A DNA stretch of 64,000 nt from an uncultured Nitrososphaeraceae archaeon (GTDB lineage Archaea > Thermoproteota > Nitrososphaeria > Nitrososphaerales > Nitrososphaeraceae). Positions 12,130 to 23,114 of this stretch are shown one piece after another. The DNA lies in assembly GCA_963825865.1 (NCBI GenBank), contig CAWGVG010000006.1, positions 25,001-89,000 of the forward strand. Direction: 5' to 3'. The notes under the pieces are model-generated. The model was not told where the DNA came from. It did not search any database and saw only the letters and a list, made by a program, of their open reading frames with translations. A program made the position numbers and the translations under genes. Numbering within the stretch: the first letter of the stretch is position 1; every line of letters begins with the position of its first letter.

Positions 12130-12473
12130 CGTTTCACTGTCCTTCTCTTCAATTTCGGAATCAATTTCTCTGATCTTATCTTTTATAGACTGATATTCTC
12201 CATTTTCATCTTTTCACACCAGGTCTGTGAAATCATGCTTTATCGCACATTGCACTCAGAAATAGAACATCTGATTTTGGAAATAGCTCTGCTACTTTTT
12301 TTTACTGGATAAGATTTTCCTTCACCTGTCGGGGCATTTATAGCTAGGTTAATAGGATTATTTGTATACATGCTCAGAAGAGTATAATGGACTTGTCTGC
12401 AAAGTCTGTCATCTTGTTTTACTTCCTTTGCTACAACATCAACGTGATTTAATATCGGATGATCGAATATCAT
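12130..12473 (-). pseudogene. P-loop helicase/replication protein fragment of a decayed element
   Basis: PINLAINAPTGEGKSY Walker A, followed by a frameshift. Confidence 0.6.
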
Positions 12474-12637
12474 CTTCAGATGTTACTGTCATCTTCTTCT
12501 AAACCTATTCCATAATCAGTCTGTATTGAATGCCTTTCAATAGATGCTTATTCCCAGTTAGCGCACAGATCTTAGAGAAATTGTGCCTATTCTGTTTCTT
12601 CATCTAAATCTATGATGCGACATACATTTTCAATAAA

Positions 12638-12826
12638 AAGTACAGAGACAGATTAGATATATTTTCAGAAATCCTTGAGCTGGGAAATGGCAATGAAGTA
12701 AGAGTTGGTAATATTTCACATAAATCTGGTCTTCCATATAATCTGCTAAAGAAACACTTGAAAATACTGCTATACAATAATTTATTGGAATATCATAAGG
12801 AGGAAAAAACCTATAAAACGACTAGC
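12638..12826 (+). pseudogene. Archaeal wHTH regulator truncated by IS481
   Basis: KYRDRLDIFSEILE...YNLLKKHLKILL...EKTYKTTS ends exactly at the IS end. Confidence 0.75.
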
Positions 12827-13854
12827 TGTTGTACTTACACAGATGGGTAACAATTTTGATTACCTACATAGGTTACACTTTCTTGCTTCCTTTTTGTATA
12901 TGTCTTAGATTTAATTAACCTTTGTACAAACCTTTCAGAAGGAGTAAGACCATTTATTCCACCATGTTCCCTAGTTTCATTATATGCTTTGACAAACATA
13001 TCATACCTTAGTTTTCCATCATCAATACTTGTTATTTCTTCAACTGTCAAGAACTCATTCTTTACAATCTTGTTATATGCTTCTATCTTTCCTTGTAACT
13101 GTGGATATGAATTTGGAATTGGTTTATCCTTTATGTTATTCTTATATGGAAAGTGTTTGAATAGTTTAGATGTAAACTGCTTACCGTTGTCATGCATAAC
13201 TTTCCTGGGCTTTCCGTTATCCATAATCCACTCCTCTAGTACATTCAAAACATCAATGCTCCTCTTTCTTTCAGACCACTTGCTAGCAACTTTTCTTGAA
13301 CAGTCATCTATACAGCTTATCATGTAATTTCTTGTGCTAGAACAGCGTACGTAAATGGTCCAAGTATATCCATTTGAAGCATGTCATTTGGATGTTTCAT
13401 TGCAAATCGCTTATACTTTCTATTATTCTTTACCTTACAGTTTAGAACGTTGAGAGTATGTTTTTTCAATGTCTTGTATATGGTTCTACTGCTCAATGAT
13501 ACTCCAAGTCTTTTTAATCTGAACCTGATTCTACTAGTACCAAAGGTCTTTAATCTTAAATCAAGTATTGTTTCTTCTATTTCTTTAGATACTTTGGTTT
13601 TGATGCTATGAGGCCTTCTAGATAGGTCTTTCAACCCGTCTATTCCGTGCTCTATGTATCTATTTTTCCACTTGTAATATGTCTTCCTAGATATTTCGTA
13701 TTTATTGCAAATATCGCTAATACTATTACCAGTCCATTCATGTTCATGAATGAGATTGAATTTTGTTCTAATTTCTATAGAGATTTCCACTTCCTAGCAG
13801 AAGTGTTACCTATGTCTGTAAGCTATATTGTTACCTATGTTTGTAGGTACAACA
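12827..13854 (-). mobile_element. IS481-family element, copy 1 (no TSD)
   Basis: TGTTGTA..TACAACA ends with repeated GGTAAC boxes; HTH + rve DDE (QMDILG, IDDCSR, HDNGKQF, GKIEAY); flanks ACTAGC / ATTAAG do not match. Confidence 0.9.
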
Positions 13855-13940
13855 ATTAAGTCTAACGCAGATACTATAGAATCTAAAGTAACTGACACTT
13901 CATATTACCATAATGAAAAACACGAGACTTATTATTGTCC

Positions 13941-14267
13941 TCATGAGATTTCAGTACAGCGGATAACGTCTGATGCATCAACTATTTTGTTAATGTATTT
14001 TCCCATGTATCTGTCTTCAAGGATTTTGAATTTGCCTCTTTCCTTGTGTATGATTTTTGCATCTATCTTCACTCCTTCATCGATAAACAGAACACACCAA
14101 CAAGAGCATCTTTCTCCTTTTACTGTTATGTTAAAATCGTTGTTATCATTCACTTCAAGAGGTACTCCTTCCATACCTACTAAATGGAACAGCATCAATA
14201 ACAGTAGTGATTTTCGCTTTGATCTTATTGACCATCCATCGTCTGGCAACAACAACTGCAGCATCAT
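13941..14267 (-). CDS. Hypothetical protein
   Basis: 108-aa ORF only. Confidence 0.45.
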   Translation of the reverse strand: MMLQLLLPDDGWSIRSKRKSLLLLMLFHLVGMEGVPLEVNDNNDFNITVKGERCSCWCVLFIDEGVKIDAKIIHKERGKFKILEDRYMGKYINKIVDASDVIRCTEIS

Positions 14268-14716
14268 TTTTTATTGACATGTTGGTCATTTTCATATTCG
14301 CCCTATCGACTATGATCAGAAAGTAGTTGATAGACTTAAACCTTTTGATAACAATATTAAACAATTGTAAAGTAATATTCCCAAATACCATTCTATTTGT
14401 AAATCTATAGTAATGAATATGAAGAGGCATTTAATGAATGTAAACGACAAATCCTACCTTAGATCACTAATACTAACTATCAGAACATATGGCATTAGTA
14501 TTAGATGTATTGCCTCTCTCGACAGGAATGCAATCGAATAAATTATTACTTTTATTTTCCAACAGCGTGCTGTAAAACTTGCTTTTACGATTGGATGATA
14601 ATTCTGACATTTTGGAAATTAAACTTAACAAATATCAATTACAAGTAAGGAATAATGTTCATTTATTCAGTATTTTCTCCAACAGCCTTATATTCTTCAA
14701 AAATATTAGAACAATT

Positions 14717-14860
14717 ATGTTAGAAAATATAGCATACGTAGGTCTTGGCTTTGCATCAGTCTTCTTCGCATTGGAAACAGCATGGCACTTTACAGCCTGC
14801 AAGATACATGACAAATCGATAAAGCCTTGTTTCTACAAACAAGTTGGCTTATTGAAATAG
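14717..14860 (+). CDS. Small membrane protein
   Basis: MLENIAYVGLGFASVFFALETAWH.. single TM; start re-called at the internal ATG. Confidence 0.6.
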   Translation: MLENIAYVGLGFASVFFALETAWHFTACKIHDKSIKPCFYKQVGLLK

Positions 14861-14892
14861 ATAGAAAGAAAGAAAGAGAGGTCTTGGTAATA

Positions 14893-15075
14893 ATGGCAAG
14901 TATTGAAAGCAGTAGTAGAGCTAGAAGAAGGACAAAATCATTAAAGATGAAAATCCCATCATCATCAACCTCATTAGTAAACAAAGCGTCTAAAATATCA
15001 CCATCTAATGCTATTGAAGTACAAAGGATCATAGCTCGTGATGGTTTTGCTTATTTTCCGATGGCTAATGACTAA
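14893..15075 (+). CDS. Small hypothetical protein
   Basis: ATG 32 nt after the previous stop; ends RIIARDGFAYF. Confidence 0.5.
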   Translation: MASIESSSRARRRTKSLKMKIPSSSTSLVNKASKISPSNAIEVQRIIARDGFAYFPMAND

Positions 15076-15168
15076 TAAGTATAGACTCGGATCTAAGAAG
15101 GATTAGTGTAGTAGAAAGAACCAAACAACTTATTAGTTTCTCCAAAAGAATGGTAAATAATTAATTAA

Positions 15169-16353
15169 TTGACGATTGGACATAAATCCAGACTCTATTT
15201 TTTGCAAATATATATTGATGAATTAGGCTAAAGCTATCCTTTGGATGTCTGAATTTGTGATGACATATAATAAAACATCCTCAAAGGACAGCACATGATA
15301 GTTCAGAATCCATCCTTATTGGTATTCTGTATTTGATAGGCTTGATACCATGGCCAGAATCACAAAAGATGAAAAAAAGAGGTAGACCATACGTCTATTC
15401 TTCTACTGTCATACTACGATGTTTCATAGTCAGATTGTGGTTTAGAATGGATTCTAACAACGCATTACATGAATTCCTAGGAATGGATTACCCTTACAAT
15501 AAGAAGATAATGAAAAGATGTGGTCTTACCCAAATACCAGATAGACGAACATTTGACAGACGTCTTAAGACCATATCCATAGACATCAAGGAAAGGATTG
15601 CTACTATGACTAGTCTATTAGTAAATGGGAAGATAATAGACCCTTATATTGTTGCAATAGATAGTACATTGCTCAAAGCCAGAGGACATGTTTGGCACAA
15701 ATCATCTATGGATAAAGGAATAGTACCACGTTCAGGTATAGATACAGATGCCAGGTGGGGATTCAGTCATACCAGAGGTTGGATATTTGGTTACAAACTA
15801 CATTTGATATCAAGTACTGGTTCTACCATAGTACCTTTAGCAGCAGATTTTACAACTGCTAATGTACAGGATAATCAAATGTACAATCCTATGATATCAT
15901 CATCATCATCATCTCTGTTCCTAGAAACATGTTTCATGATAGGTGATTCTGGGTATGACGACAATAAACTATATGATTTGAGTACTAAAAGAGGATTTGA
16001 ACTGGTATGTCCAGTACAAAGGTACAAAAATACCCCAAAGAATAGACTAGAGCTGATACAATTCTATGAATCTGAGTTAGGACAGGCTATTTACTCTTGG
16101 AGAAGTAAATCGATAGAACCACTAATAGAACATATTAAATCTATTTTTAGAATAGACCCATTACCGGTAAGAGGCTATCAGAAGGCTGCTGGAATAGTAC
16201 TTCTGTCAGTACTACTGTATCAGATCCTTGTCTACTACAATTATAAAACCAGACCTAGTCAACGACCAAAATCAATCAAACACATGTTATGTAGTTAATG
16301 CAGCACTAAATGATAGATGAAAAATATAGAAATGAATTATGCCCATGTCTCAA
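15169..16353 (+). mobile_element. IS4/IS5-superfamily (DDE_Tnp_1) element with intact transposase 15333-16298
   Basis: AIDST, GYKLH, IGDSGYD, WRSKSIEPL motifs; imperfect TIR TTGACGATTGGACATAA / TTATGCCCATGTCTCAA, probable TTAA target duplication. Confidence 0.9.
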
Positions 16354-16357
16354 TTAA

Positions 16358-16597
16358 TTGGTATTTGCAATTAAGCGTTACGTAAAACAAAGCAATCAAT
16401 GGGTCGACATCAGTCTAATTGGAGAAGATGGGTATTTCAGAGGTAATGCCAATACTTTCTCAACAAAAGCCAAAGCACAACGGTATCTTGAATTATACCA
16501 ATCAAGGATTGGCAGTAAATTGAATTTTTATGGAAAACCTAAAAAGGTTTTGAGACTGAAGGTTTTCGAACTTGCGCCGCTAGAGTTAATTGACTGA
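16358..16597 (+). CDS. Hypothetical protein
   Basis: 79-aa ORF starting right after the IS. Confidence 0.55.
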   Translation: MVFAIKRYVKQSNQWVDISLIGEDGYFRGNANTFSTKAKAQRYLELYQSRIGSKLNFYGKPKKVLRLKVFELAPLELID

Positions 16598-16719
16598 ACT
16601 AAAGTAAGTTATTTGATTATCAGTTGGCATGTAGAGGACTTTTGCAAAACATAATTGCAAGACATTAGTTAACTGCTACCCCTAACTATACAAATGTAAT
16701 TCAAAATCTCTTTTGTCTA

Positions 16720-16983
16720 CTAAAGTCTGGCTACTTCTACTTCAATAATCCATTCACATTTTTTTATACCTGCTTTGTAATGATGATTTTCAACTGCAAG
16801 TGAATCTGGTGCATTCAAAAGGCAAAAGCACATATTGGCCCCTTTATCGTAGAAGTAATTTACATGTCTAACACCAAATTCATCTATTGGTGACTTGAAG
16901 AATTCCTTTAAATGATCTTCGCTGAACGGAAGATTATGAACATCAAGAAATATTGGCAATTCATGGGCATTTAGATCATCCAT
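16720..16983 (-). CDS. DUF4242-like (nickel-binding) protein
   Basis: IFLDVH...DEFGV.HVNYFYD....CFCLLNAP...AVENHH.KAG..CEWI.EV. Confidence 0.8.
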   Translation of the reverse strand: MDDLNAHELPIFLDVHNLPFSEDHLKEFFKSPIDEFGVRHVNYFYDKGANMCFCLLNAPDSLAVENHHYKAGIKKCEWIIEVEVARL

Positions 16984-17517
16984 ACCTATATAATTTGTTG
17001 AAGAACGAGCTTGCTTCCAACAAATAATTAGCCACCTCTTATATCAGAGATAATGTGGACTGCTAGCCAGGTTGTTAGCAACTGATAAACAATCAAGGAT
17101 GTAAAAATTGAAGAATGCTTAGGTTATGCACAATATATTCAAAAATTTCCAATTATCAATACCTTTTTCTATTTGATCATTTATAATTCACAAATTGGCT
17201 GTTCCACGGAGTAATTTGACAACCCGAACAACGCCTAGTGTATGTAATCATAAGTGCTAATGGCTTGGCTGATGCATTAACAAATCCTGCTACTGTAACA
17301 TTATCACCTGGTGTAGCTTAGTCCTGATAGGTTAACGTAATTATATTGTTGTCATCTCCTAACTTACTTTTTTTTGAAGGTAATGATATAATCCAAGTCT
17401 TGAACCAACCTTCAGATCATCATTTGTCACAATATATTGTTACTACAAATCAGAACGATCGATAAAGCTATTAACTTATCGATAAGAATGAGCAACTATT
17501 TAATACTGTTAAATAAC

Positions 17518-18621
17518 TTATTTGTAACCTGGCAGTAGCTGTTCTTCAACCTTTGAAATAATTTTATTTTCTTCTAATTTACCGTTTATTGCTTTAATAT
17601 CATTATCATCTATCGCTTTAATATTATCACGATCATATTCTTTCCTGAATTTCTCTTCTACAATTTTGTTAGCTTCAGGATCTATAATTATGAGCCTATG
17701 TTTTCCTCTTCTCATAGCTTCAAGAAATATTTTTCGTATAAACAAATCATTAAAGGAATAACCTATAACGATCCAATTCTGTGTGTTAGCTAGATCTTCC
17801 TTGAATGTTTTTAAAAAATCAAACCAAGGATGCAGATATAGATCCTTTTGATTAATAGGATAGAGCATCATTTCGCCTGTAACTATTTTTCCACCAATAC
17901 TGATCCTATTAGTATCTGATTCAACTATATTTCCATCGACCAATCCATACCATCTAATCGAACCGTGCAAGTGGACCAATCGCAGATTTGGCGATTGGAT
18001 TCTTTTAATATCTACAAATCTTATATTATTTTCTTCCCTTAACAGGTTATTGATTGGAGCAATTCCTTCCCAACAAAGTTCTTGTACTCTATCATAATTC
18101 GTTGTATATATATGCCAATTTTCGAAATAATATTTTTTCCCATCTACTTCTCTCGGCGTACAAGCCACTTTGCAAGCTATCATATTAAAAAAAGGCCAGA
18201 AGACTTCCTTGATATGAGCATCTTCATTTTCATTTACACTACATTTTTCTCTGATAAAATCTCTAAACTTAGTTAGCAAATTATCTGCAATAATTCTTGT
18301 TTTGTCGTCAGCTATAGATTCATCTTGTATTTTAGTAAGCTTATTAGTAGAAAGGATATAGACAGAAGTAAAACCAAGTTGTGAATATGTGATGCTTTTA
18401 TGTAGATCTTTTATTATGCTGAAAACAGATTCCAAGTCGGAGTATCTATAGACAGATAATAAACTGTTCTTGATAGACTGATAAAGATCATACATTTCCT
18501 TTGAATTTGTTTCTGATCCTTCTTTGAGCTTTTTTTCGAAACAAGTAACAAGCCCCTTCATTGTAGGAATGCCAAATGCAGATGAAGCTCCAGAACCAAG
18601 AAAAATCAAGCTATTTGCCAA
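17518..18621 (-). CDS. SIR2-like (SIR2_2) NAD-binding protein, putative defence effector
   Basis: FLGSGAS..GIPT, YTTNYD, HLHGS, IGYSFND. Confidence 0.9.
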   Translation of the reverse strand: MANSLIFLGSGASSAFGIPTMKGLVTCFEKKLKEGSETNSKEMYDLYQSIKNSLLSVYRYSDLESVFSIIKDLHKSITYSQLGFTSVYILSTNKLTKIQDESIADDKTRIIADNLLTKFRDFIREKCSVNENEDAHIKEVFWPFFNMIACKVACTPREVDGKKYYFENWHIYTTNYDRVQELCWEGIAPINNLLREENNIRFVDIKRIQSPNLRLVHLHGSIRWYGLVDGNIVESDTNRISIGGKIVTGEMMLYPINQKDLYLHPWFDFLKTFKEDLANTQNWIVIGYSFNDLFIRKIFLEAMRRGKHRLIIIDPEANKIVEEKFRKEYDRDNIKAIDDNDIKAINGKLEENKIISKVEEQLLPGYK

Positions 18622-18988
18622 TTTCTACAATTGCATAATAAGCATGTTAATATAAATATTCTCGCAATATTCTTATGAATACACTATTATTTGTTAAATA
18701 AAAATAATATTGTGAAAGTTTTATACTTGTAATGTGCAATAAGTTATACTTACATAAGGTGCTGACGATATTGTAAGATAGTCACGCTCTATGAAGCAGT
18801 TTATCTTAAGATTTTACATAAGGAATTGCTAACATTGTAATATCATGTATCTTGGATATACAACAAAATTGTATTAGTTTACATAAGAATGGGATAAACA
18901 GATAGATAGTTGGTGGCAATAATATTGCCGCATTTGATTTATTTGCAAAAGATAGAAGATAGTCATATATTGAAAAAATTGTTACTGA

Positions 18989-19387
18989 CTATACAATATT
19001 AGCAGTAGTAGGCAATGGCAATTGTTTTCCAATATACTTTTTCCTTAATTTCTTAGAATTGCAATCCCAGATATATGCATAATAATATTTGTGTGTATTA
19101 TGTCTGCAATCTTTACAACACTTTACCTTTTCATATCTTATTGTGCAATTCTGCGGTAAATTCAGTTTCTCTTTGACCTTTTCTTCCTGTTCATATATTC
19201 TTTCTAATTCAAAATACTCTGAAGATAGGTAACTCGCTGATTCAAGTTTGTTTCTGTATTCCTTATCACTATAAAATTTTTCGAGGTTATCTGAATCGTG
19301 TAATAACTTCTTTAGCATATATCTTGGATCTGATAGCCCTGCTCTCTCTTGCAATTTTGCTAGACGTGTATTAAAATCCTTGTACAT
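18989..19387 (-). CDS. Protein with C-terminal DUF6788-like basic Zn motif
   Basis: VKCCKDC...HKYYYAY...KKLRKKYIGK. Confidence 0.65.
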   Translation of the reverse strand: MYKDFNTRLAKLQERAGLSDPRYMLKKLLHDSDNLEKFYSDKEYRNKLESASYLSSEYFELERIYEQEEKVKEKLNLPQNCTIRYEKVKCCKDCRHNTHKYYYAYIWDCNSKKLRKKYIGKQLPLPTTANIV

Positions 19388-19415
19388 TTCTATTGTTGCA
19401 GTTATTGTATGTACC

Positions 19416-19442
19416 TACTTACACACTGATAAATTTATTGCA
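19416..19442 (-). promoter_or_regulatory. 27-bp conserved upstream motif, copy 2
   Basis: rc TGCAATAAATTTATCAGTGTGTAAGTA, 25/27 identical to 5012-5038. Confidence 0.6.
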
Positions 19443-19588
19443 GTAATATAATTAGTTTGAAATTCTTGTCGACAGGAGTTAGATATATGCGTTGAGAGCA
19501 TATATATTATAACCTAATAAATAAATGGCGTTCTGAAGGAATAATGGGATGAAGTTTAAAAAATAAGAGTGGGATCGGTAGGCTATGG

Positions 19589-19864
19589 TTACCTTTCTGT
19601 GTTTGTAATAGTACATGTTAGGTGTTGGCCTGCAGCTATGGTATCTTCACAATCACTACTGAAGGAAACATCAAAAAATGGTGGCTCATTAAATCTCTCT
19701 TCAAATGAGAAGTCATCCCCTGGCTGCAGTGTAAAAAGGACACCATTTCCAACAGCAGACTGACATGTGAAAGTTTGAGGGTCTTGGGAGCGGACAAGTA
19801 AAGATATTTGACAGCCATTTACGACGAGAGAGCAACTAACTAACAAAAGTATAGCTACCGTCAC
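19589..19864 (-). pseudogene. Fragment of a secreted Ig/prealbumin-like domain protein
   Basis: SFSSDCEDTIAAGQHLTCTITNT tail. Confidence 0.5.
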
Positions 19865-20388
19865 TTTTGTATAGTAGGTTAACCTTCATATTGTGCTCAT
19901 TATATGATGAAAAGACTCGCCAATTAGGTGTGTAATTTTTATCTTTGAGTATTGGAAAACGTTCTTCATTATCATAGTAATCTAATTCTTCTTTGGTCCA
20001 ATTTATCCAATATACAGGCGCTGTAGCATTACTTGGGTGTTTTTGCAAGTATTCAATATCTTTTCTTTCAAGTGCTTCATCCCACTTGCGGTCGTATTCT
20101 TCAACCCGTGCACAACGCATATCTTGAAACTTTTCTTCTAGTTCAAAATCTCTTAACTCGATATTTCCTAATCCACTAATTACAGGACTTGACCAAGCGT
20201 TATATCTCCGTTCATCTGGAATAAACCAGACTATTTCCTTCGTTTTCCTTGATAACGGCGTTAATCATATCCCAGTTGCTAGGACCAGCTTTAGAATAGT
20301 CGTCCCATTTAGATACAGAAGGAGAAGACCCACTTAATAGATTCTCAAGTCTTTTTGAAAGATTGTCTAGGAGTTTATCTGTCTTCAT
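19836..20388 (-). pseudogene. Paralog of 5556-6143, frameshifted
   Basis: MKTDKLLDNLSKRLENLLSGSSPSVSKWD; TKEELDY vs TQEELDW. Confidence 0.65.
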
Positions 20389-20391
20389 GGT

Positions 20392-21909
20392 CTATCGAGA
20401 TATTTGATTTGTTAACTGCTGATGTGACTGTCTTTGTTGCTGCAACTGCATCTGATTTTCGACCTCTGTTAGTTTCTCTTCTAAACTTTGCACATACATA
20501 ATTGACGGACCTTCTGATAATAGTTTGAACTGTGCTTCATTGCATTCTTTAGCCAATTTGAGCGCCGCTAATCTTTGGAAATAGCTTACTTGCTGTGCTC
20601 GTCGTCGGTAGACTCATAAATATTCCAACACTCCTTTAACACTTCTCTTATGCCGTCAATACAACTCTTATACATGAAAGGAAGCGTTTCTTTAGCCAGA
20701 TCATTTAAAAAATTCTGAGATTGTGATGTTAAATGCTGAATATCTCGGCTTATAGTCGCTGGTGTAGTGTTTAACTCTTTCGCAATTTCATAACCTTTCA
20801 TTCCTCTAGTTAAAAGAGTCCATATCTTTTGCCTTCGATCTTGGATTACTAACTGTTGTATTACAAACATAGGTAACAATATAGCTTACAGACATAGGTA
20901 ACACTTCTGCTAGGAAGTGGAAATCTCTATAGAAATTAGAACAAAATTCAATCTCATTCATGAACATGAATGGACTGGTAATAGTATTAGCGATATTTGC
21001 AATAAATACGAAATATCTAGGAAGACATATTACAAGTGGAAAAATAGATACATAGAGCACGGAATAGACGGGTTGAAAGACCTATCTAGAATGCCTCATA
21101 GCATCAAAACCAAAGTATCTAAAGAAATAGAAGAAACAATACTTGATTTAAGATTAAAGACCTTTGGTTATAAGTAGAATCAGGTTCAGATTAAAAAGAC
21201 TTGGAGTATCATTGAGCAGTAGAACCATATACAAGACATTGAAAAAACATACTCTCAACGTTCTAAACTGTAAGGTAAAGAATAATAGAAAGTATAAGCG
21301 ATTTGCAATGAAACATCCAAATGACATGCTTCAAATGGATATACTTGGACCATTCTACTTACACTGTTCATAGCACAAGAAATTACATGATAAGTTGTAT
21401 AGATGACTGTTCAAGAAAAGTTGCTAGCAAGTGGTCTGAAAGAAAGAGGAGCATTGATGTTTTGAATGTACTAGAGGAGTGGATTATGGATAACGGAAAG
21501 CCCAGGAAAGTTATGCATGACAACGGTAAGCAGTTTACATCTAAACTATTCAAACACTTTCTATATAAGAATAACATAAAGGATAAACCAATTCCAAATT
21601 CATATCCACAGTTACAAGGAAAGATAGAAGCATATAACAAGATTGTAAAGAATGAGTTCTTGACAGTTGAAGAAATAACAAGTATTGATGATGGAAAACT
21701 AAGGTATGATATGTTTGTCAAAGCATATAATGAAACTAGGGAACATGGTGGAATAAATGGTCTTACTCCTTCTGAAAGGTTTGTAAAAAGGTTAATTAAA
21801 TCTAAGACATATACAAAAAGGAAGCAAGAAAGTGTAACCTATGTAGGTAATCAAAATTGTTACCCATCTGTGTAAGTACAACAACTAACTTGTTATTATT
21901 TGCGCCCAT
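20392..21909 (-). pseudogene. HTH protein (near-identical to 5066-5534) interrupted by IS481
   Basis: rc of 20490-20853 and 21884-21996 matches 4979-5450. Confidence 0.85.
20854..21883 (+). mobile_element. IS481-family element, copy 2
   Basis: Near-identical to 12827-13854; perfect 6-bp TSD ACTAAC (20848-53 and 21884-89); two frameshifts. Confidence 0.95.
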
Positions 21910-22348
21910 TTAGATATTACAGACATTACGTATATTCACTCACAGACTGATAAATTTATTGCAATTCTTAACACCCAATTCTTGCGCTATCCTCAGATTC
22001 AGTCATTGATTGAGATAGTAAAGCATGGGACTTTGACTTGCGCTCTTTATGTCATGGTGATTTTTATATCCTCGACAGGCTGAAGTACACCGGTTCTATA
22101 GCCGCTTTAGGAAATCGTTATCTTATATCTCACAAGCGTTTGCATACAGACTGAATACTGGAACATGCCAAGATCTGATAATCATATAAGATCACTACTC
22201 CAATATATTATCATGGTGAAGGAAATGGAACTATATCAATTATTGGAGACAGCAACGAAACTGGTAATGTCACCGAATTCGGAGTTGCAAACTTCACAAG
22301 GAAGAAACGAATAAGTTTGGCATATCTTTAGTAGTAATACACTGGAGA

Positions 22349-23074
22349 CTATGGGTATAGTATCCGTAACAATCTTTTATCTTCTTTTGAAAGTTTACTA
22401 TTCCTACCTCCTATTTCCCTATGGTTAAGTGTATATTCTCCAGGAATTGGAAAAAGCATTACAGATTCAGGATCAAATTCATACTTGTTTGTAATTGTTC
22501 TACTATATCTTTCAAATATCTTTCGCTCTACCTCTTGCCTACTCCAATTATATGGAGGACCCATGAAATACTTGTAAACTGCATCTTTATCCCAAGGAAT
22601 ATCTGCAGCAGGATTCTGATATTCGTGAATAAGACCTATAGCATGGCCAAAAATATGTAAGACAGTTTTTGAATACTCTTCTGCTGGTGTCTCGGGGGCG
22701 AGCCAACCAAAATTTATCGTTGGTTCATTTTGAGGTATGTCAAGAGCATCTTTACCAATGTAAGACCAAGAACCTTTATCGCCATTCCACCCAAAACCAA
22801 TGCGAATCTCTGAATGTTTTTCATCATAATGAAATTTAAACTTTAGATTAGCATATCTTACCAATTCGTCTGCTATTTCCTGTACCTTTTTTTGTACCAG
22901 GACATCTCCATTCAAAAAACGTATATTTAGAACCTGGCCGCTTTTCCACCATCTTCCTGTAATGACGGCTATGGGAAAAGCAGCTGGTTCAGAGGAGCCA
23001 AATCTGGCTAAAGCATATGGAGAATGTCCTAGTATATCTTTATCAACACAAATCCTAAACACATTCCCTGTCAT
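22349..23074 (-). CDS. Astacin/M12A-like zinc metalloprotease homolog lacking the catalytic Glu
   Basis: GSWSYIG, TINFGW, TVLHIFGHAIGLIHE, FDPESVMLFP, LSKEDK. Confidence 0.85.
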   Translation of the reverse strand: MTGNVFRICVDKDILGHSPYALARFGSSEPAAFPIAVITGRWWKSGQVLNIRFLNGDVLVQKKVQEIADELVRYANLKFKFHYDEKHSEIRIGFGWNGDKGSWSYIGKDALDIPQNEPTINFGWLAPETPAEEYSKTVLHIFGHAIGLIHEYQNPAADIPWDKDAVYKYFMGPPYNWSRQEVERKIFERYSRTITNKYEFDPESVMLFPIPGEYTLNHREIGGRNSKLSKEDKRLLRILYP

Positions 23075-23114
23075 TACTTTAATTTTTCTTTTGCACCATT
23101 ATTATGTATTATCT

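Noticed and set aside
18750-18905. CRISPR array
   Set aside because: Only 2-3 poorly conserved units and no cas genes in the window; kept only as a low-ranked motif.
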